Shown here piece by piece: positions 60,620-64,000 of a DNA stretch of 64,000 bases (positions within the stretch are counted from its first letter, which is position 1; every line of letters begins with the position of its first letter). Origin of the DNA: an uncultured Alphaproteobacteria bacterium. Lineage in GTDB: Bacteria; Pseudomonadota; Alphaproteobacteria; RF32; CAG-239. Both the position numbers and the translations under genes were made by a program. The stretch covers positions 14,989 through 78,988 of the forward strand of contig CALXUM010000007.1 in the NCBI GenBank assembly GCA_944391685.1. Reading direction: 5' to 3'. Under the pieces are notes generated by a model. It had not been told where the DNA came from. It saw only the letters and a program-made list of their open reading frames with translations, and did no database searches.

Positions 60620-62307
60620 TAATCAACCCCTATTTTTCTCATTATAAAGCGTTGTTGCATTATTGATAATATGTTGCTCAAAGTCCAATATATCACCAAT
60701 CCGGAAGCAAAGTGTCCCAGCATAAACATAAAGATCAAGGGCATCAATGCAAACATTCTCGCCTGGTCTTTATTAGCAGGTTTAGGATTGAGCTTTTGTT
60801 GAATATACATGGTCAATCCCATTACAATTGGCCAAACTCCGATATCTAAGAAAGAAGGAATTGGTAAATGAGTCAAAACCGATATTGTCAAAGGATCGGG
60901 AGCCGACAAATCTTTAATCCATCCTATAAAAGGGGCATGTCTTATTTCAATAGATATGTTTAACACCTTATATAAAGAGAAAAAGATCGGAATTTGAATT
61001 AACATCGGCAAACAACCGGATGCCGGATTAATTTTTTCTTTACGATAAAGATTCATCATTTCCATTTGCAGCTTTTGCCTGTCATCTTTATATTTTTCTT
61101 GCAAATCTTGAATCTTAGGTTGCACTTTTTTCATTTTTGACATGCTCTCGTAAGACTTGCTGGCAATAGGAAACATTGCCAAACGTAACAAAGCTGCAAA
61201 CAGTAAAATAGCCCACCCCATATTGCCTATAAAATGGAATAAGAAGTCAAGAATATAGAAAAATGGTTTGGTTAAAAAGTAATACCAACCAAAATCAACC
61301 GCCAAATCAAATTTATCAATATTATATTTTTTGGCATAATCATCCAAGAGCTTAATTTCTTTGGCTCCGGCAAAAAATTTTCCGCTGAAAGTTCCAACTG
61401 TGTTTGCGTTTATGGTTATAGGTTGCCCTACAAAATCAGCCTGATAAGTATTTTTTCCGGTTTGTGCAAATTTAACTCGGCTCTCTGAATTGTTGTCCAA
61501 AATAAAGGCTGAAAACCAATAATGATCTGAAAAACCAGCCCAGCCTCCGGTAGAGGTAAAGTCTTCTTTTTTATCCTCTTTCAGGCTTGAGAATTTAATT
61601 TCTTTCAAAGTTGAATCTAAAACTCCGCTCATTCCTTGATGGACAATACTTGAGGTCGATGTTTTTTCATCATGTTCACGATTAATCAACCCATAAGGAT
61701 AGAGGGTTATGTTTTTTCCGCTGTTGTTTTCAACAATTTGCTCAATATTAAACATATAATGGTTATCAAGAGATATTTTACGAACAAACTTTAATCCCTG
61801 ACCGTTATTCCATTCCAAAACAATCGGCGACTGAGGGGTGAGTTCTCCGCCTTTTAGTACCCAAACAGTGTTAGCATCTGGCAAATGCAAATTTTTATCA
61901 TTACTTATCCAGCCAAATTCTGCATAATAAGGCAATTTTGTTCCTGCTGGGGCCAATAATTCCACGTCAGGACTGTCCGCAGCAAGAGTTTGTTTGTATT
62001 TAGTTAAATACAAATCATCAAAACGAGCCCCTTTCAAACGCAAAGAGCCACGCAAAGATTCATTGGCAATTTTAACCCTGCGGTCAGCTTTTAAGGCTTC
62101 ATCGGTTTCTAAGAAAGATTCTTTATTCTTTGTCTTTGCAACAGTTGGTGTTTGTTCGGCCTGAACAATTTCTACCTGCTTTGTTTCTTCTACGGGTGCT
62201 TGTTTTTTGGGAAACAACCAATTTGTGACAAATATCACGGCAATAGACAACACAACGGCGGCATATAACCCTTTCATTTCTTCTTTCATTAAAAACTCCT
62301 TGAGCAA
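60619..62307 (-). CDS. yidC: Membrane protein insertase YidC
   Basis: N-terminal TM, a periplasmic domain and five C-terminal TM helices with conserved YidC/Oxa1 motifs. Confidence 0.9.
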   Translation of the reverse strand: MLKEFLMKEEMKGLYAAVVLSIAVIFVTNWLFPKKQAPVEETKQVEIVQAEQTPTVAKTKNKESFLETDEALKADRRVKIANESLRGSLRLKGARFDDLYLTKYKQTLAADSPDVELLAPAGTKLPYYAEFGWISNDKNLHLPDANTVWVLKGGELTPQSPIVLEWNNGQGLKFVRKISLDNHYMFNIEQIVENNSGKNITLYPYGLINREHDEKTSTSSIVHQGMSGVLDSTLKEIKFSSLKEDKKEDFTSTGGWAGFSDHYWFSAFILDNNSESRVKFAQTGKNTYQADFVGQPITINANTVGTFSGKFFAGAKEIKLLDDYAKKYNIDKFDLAVDFGWYYFLTKPFFYILDFLFHFIGNMGWAILLFAALLRLAMFPIASKSYESMSKMKKVQPKIQDLQEKYKDDRQKLQMEMMNLYRKEKINPASGCLPMLIQIPIFFSLYKVLNISIEIRHAPFIGWIKDLSAPDPLTISVLTHLPIPSFLDIGVWPIVMGLTMYIQQKLNPKPANKDQARMFALMPLIFMFMLGHFASGLVIYWTLSNILSIMQQRFIMRKIGVD

Positions 62308-62359
62308 CTTATATGTTTTGCTTAATTATTTATTATAAAAAATTATTCAAAGCAAGTGT

Positions 62360-62599
62360 TTATCTGTCTTTATCATGGGAATTATTTGCCGGTGGCACCG
62401 GATCATAGCCAGATCCTCCCCATGGATGACAACGCAACAAACGACGCACTCCCAAATAAAAACCCTTAAACAATCCGTGAATTTGCAAAGCCTCAATAAA
62501 ATATTGCGAACACGTCGGACGAAAGCGGCAAACCCCCGGGCATAAAAAAGATAAAAATTTTTGATAAAATCTAATCAGCCAAATCAGCAACGTTTTCAT
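62360..62599 (-). CDS. yidD: Membrane protein insertion efficiency factor YidD
   Basis: [10 protein letters not shown]...[19 protein letters not shown]. The start is probably MKTLLIW. Confidence 0.8.
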   Translation of the reverse strand: MKTLLIWLIRFYQKFLSFLCPGVCRFRPTCSQYFIEALQIHGLFKGFYLGVRRLLRCHPWGGSGYDPVPPANNSHDKDR

Positions 62600-62978
62600 C
62601 ACGTGCATCCTCATTTTGTTTTTCAAATTCTTTATGAATTTTTTGCAAAGCTATTCTCATATCATCTTTCATTTTGCCAAAATCAGCTTTAGCCGTAGAA
62701 TATCTGCCGATTAATACATAATCAAAAAAAGGTTTAGCATAAGCCGGAAAAGCCTCGGCAGCCGCTGCCCGTAATCTTCTTTTGGTTCTGTTTCTAAGAA
62801 ACGCTTTACCGATTTTTTTTGTGGCTGTATAGCCCAAAAAACAATTATCCCCCTCTGGTTTATAAGGTGCAGATAAACTTTGAGCCGCCTGCAGGATAAA
62901 ACTTGGAAAAACCATTTTTAATCCTTTGGCGGCCCTGACAAATTCTTTTCTTTTCTTTAAGACCAGAACTTTTACCAT
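62571..62978 (-). CDS. rnpA: Ribonuclease P protein component
   Basis: Basic protein with an RNR-like motif ([13 protein letters not shown]). It lies between rpmH and yidD. Confidence 0.8.
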   Translation of the reverse strand: MVKVLVLKKRKEFVRAAKGLKMVFPSFILQAAQSLSAPYKPEGDNCFLGYTATKKIGKAFLRNRTKRRLRAAAAEAFPAYAKPFFDYVLIGRYSTAKADFGKMKDDMRIALQKIHKEFEKQNEDARDENVADLAD

Positions 62979-62987
62979 AGACGTTTC

Positions 62988-63122
62988 TTAAGCAGAAATC
63001 TTTTTGCGACCTCTTAAACGACGAGCAGACAAAACCTTACGACCGCCTGCTGTAGCCATACGTGCACGAAAGCCGTGACGACGAGCTCTGACCAATTTGC
63101 TTGGTTGATAAGTGCGTTTCAT
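62988..63122 (-). CDS. rpmH: 50S ribosomal protein L34
   Basis: [44 protein letters not shown] (44 aa) is a textbook L34. It is not in the ORF track because it is shorter than 60 aa. Confidence 0.92.
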   Translation of the reverse strand: MKRTYQPSKLVRARRHGFRARMATAGGRKVLSARRLRGRKKISA

Positions 63123-63233
63123 ATTTTTTCTCCGGTTAATTATTGTTATTTAAAATTTTAAGAATTTAATCTTAAAACTCTCGGACAGATTGTCTTATAA
63201 AGATTAATTGCCTGATTGTCAATCAAAATTTAC

Positions 63234-63965
63234 TCATCTAAAAATAGATTCACCGCCTCTTAAAATCTTTTGTGCCGCTCCGGTATAATTCCCGTTTGTA
63301 TCATGAACAATTAACGGATTATACAAAATCAACGGAGCTTTACTGTCTTTGCGAGCACAAACAATAACCCTTTTTGCCGTTTGCTCTGCTTTTGAACAAA
63401 TTGGAATAATCTTTATTTCTCCCAATTTACCATGAATAGTATACAAAATATCATCAAGAGCCTCAGCACGGTTTATCATATAAAAATATCCCTGCGGTTT
63501 TATCATTTTAATACAAAAATTTATCCATTCAGCTAAACCTGAATTTTTAAAGTTATGAGCGGTGGCCTTGCCTGTTTTGGGCGAGGGTAGATCTTTTTCT
63601 GAGTATGGAGGGTTTGATATAACGTGACTAAACGAACAAAAAGGCAGACCTGCGTCTTTAATTTCACGATTAATAAATTTTACAAAATTAAAACCATTGG
63701 CTTTAGCACTCATATTTGATAACTCAGCCAAAGATGATTGAATTTCCAAACCGGTTATTGAAACATTTGAGTTCTTAAATCTTTCTGCCAGACACAAAGA
63801 AATAGCTCCCGTTCCCGAGCCGACGTCTAAGATATTGTCGCCTTTTTTTATTTTAGTAACGGCAGCTGCCAACAATACCGCATCAATAGCCGCTCGATAA
63901 CCATCTTGAGGCTGAAAAATTTTTATCCTCTTGTCTAATAAATAATCTTCGCTATAATCAGCCAT
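63234..63965 (-). CDS. tRNA1(Val) (adenine37-N6)-methyltransferase (TrmN6/YfiC family)
   Basis: SAM motif ILDVGSGTGAISL and catalytic NPPY. The start is taken at MADYSEDY. Confidence 0.7.
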   Translation of the reverse strand: MADYSEDYLLDKRIKIFQPQDGYRAAIDAVLLAAAVTKIKKGDNILDVGSGTGAISLCLAERFKNSNVSITGLEIQSSLAELSNMSAKANGFNFVKFINREIKDAGLPFCSFSHVISNPPYSEKDLPSPKTGKATAHNFKNSGLAEWINFCIKMIKPQGYFYMINRAEALDDILYTIHGKLGEIKIIPICSKAEQTAKRVIVCARKDSKAPLILYNPLIVHDTNGNYTGAAQKILRGGESIFR

Positions 63966-64000
63966 TGTTTTTCTCCTTACCGAGAGCATTTTACTAAAAA

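Overview
This window looks like a low-GC, AT-rich proteobacterial chromosome segment, most likely from an alphaproteobacterium. Clues for that are alpha-type flagellin termini, a CcrM-like DPPY methyltransferase, an EIIA-Man/NPr (PTS-Ntr) pair, a CTTG-N18-CCTATAT sigma-32-like promoter upstream of dnaK, and a DnaK C-terminus ending DADFEEVK. It is dense with housekeeping genes. These include a partial PBP1A gene, polA, gyrB, the dnaA-dnaN-recF block, rpsT, fpg, accD/accA, ihfB, rmuC, tsaB, dnaK-dnaJ, rpsA-cmk, rsmE, and the rpmH-rnpA-yidD-yidC-engB cluster. Accessory-looking pieces are interleaved among them. The most interesting item is near 48.5-48.9 kb. There, a tRNA-Arg(ACG)-like gene with stem defects has its 3' end inside a 90-bp perfect direct repeat. 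The second copy lies 239 bp away, which resembles an att-site scar. An XRE regulator and a DXD glycosyltransferase-like gene sit right next to it. Other notable items are a solitary flagellin with a roughly 300-aa beta-helix-like central insert, a 54-aa Cys-tailed small ORF with a perfect Shine-Dalgarno sequence, a CcrM-like methyltransferase apparently coupled to PTS-Ntr genes with the hprK slot filled by an unrelated protein, an incomplete yejAB importer, an output-less three-PAS membrane protein, and a response regulator/Hpt/methyltransferase-like cluster. No CRISPR array, IS element or transposase was seen. Several starts in the ORF track are TTG or GTG artefacts and have been corrected where I could read the sequence.
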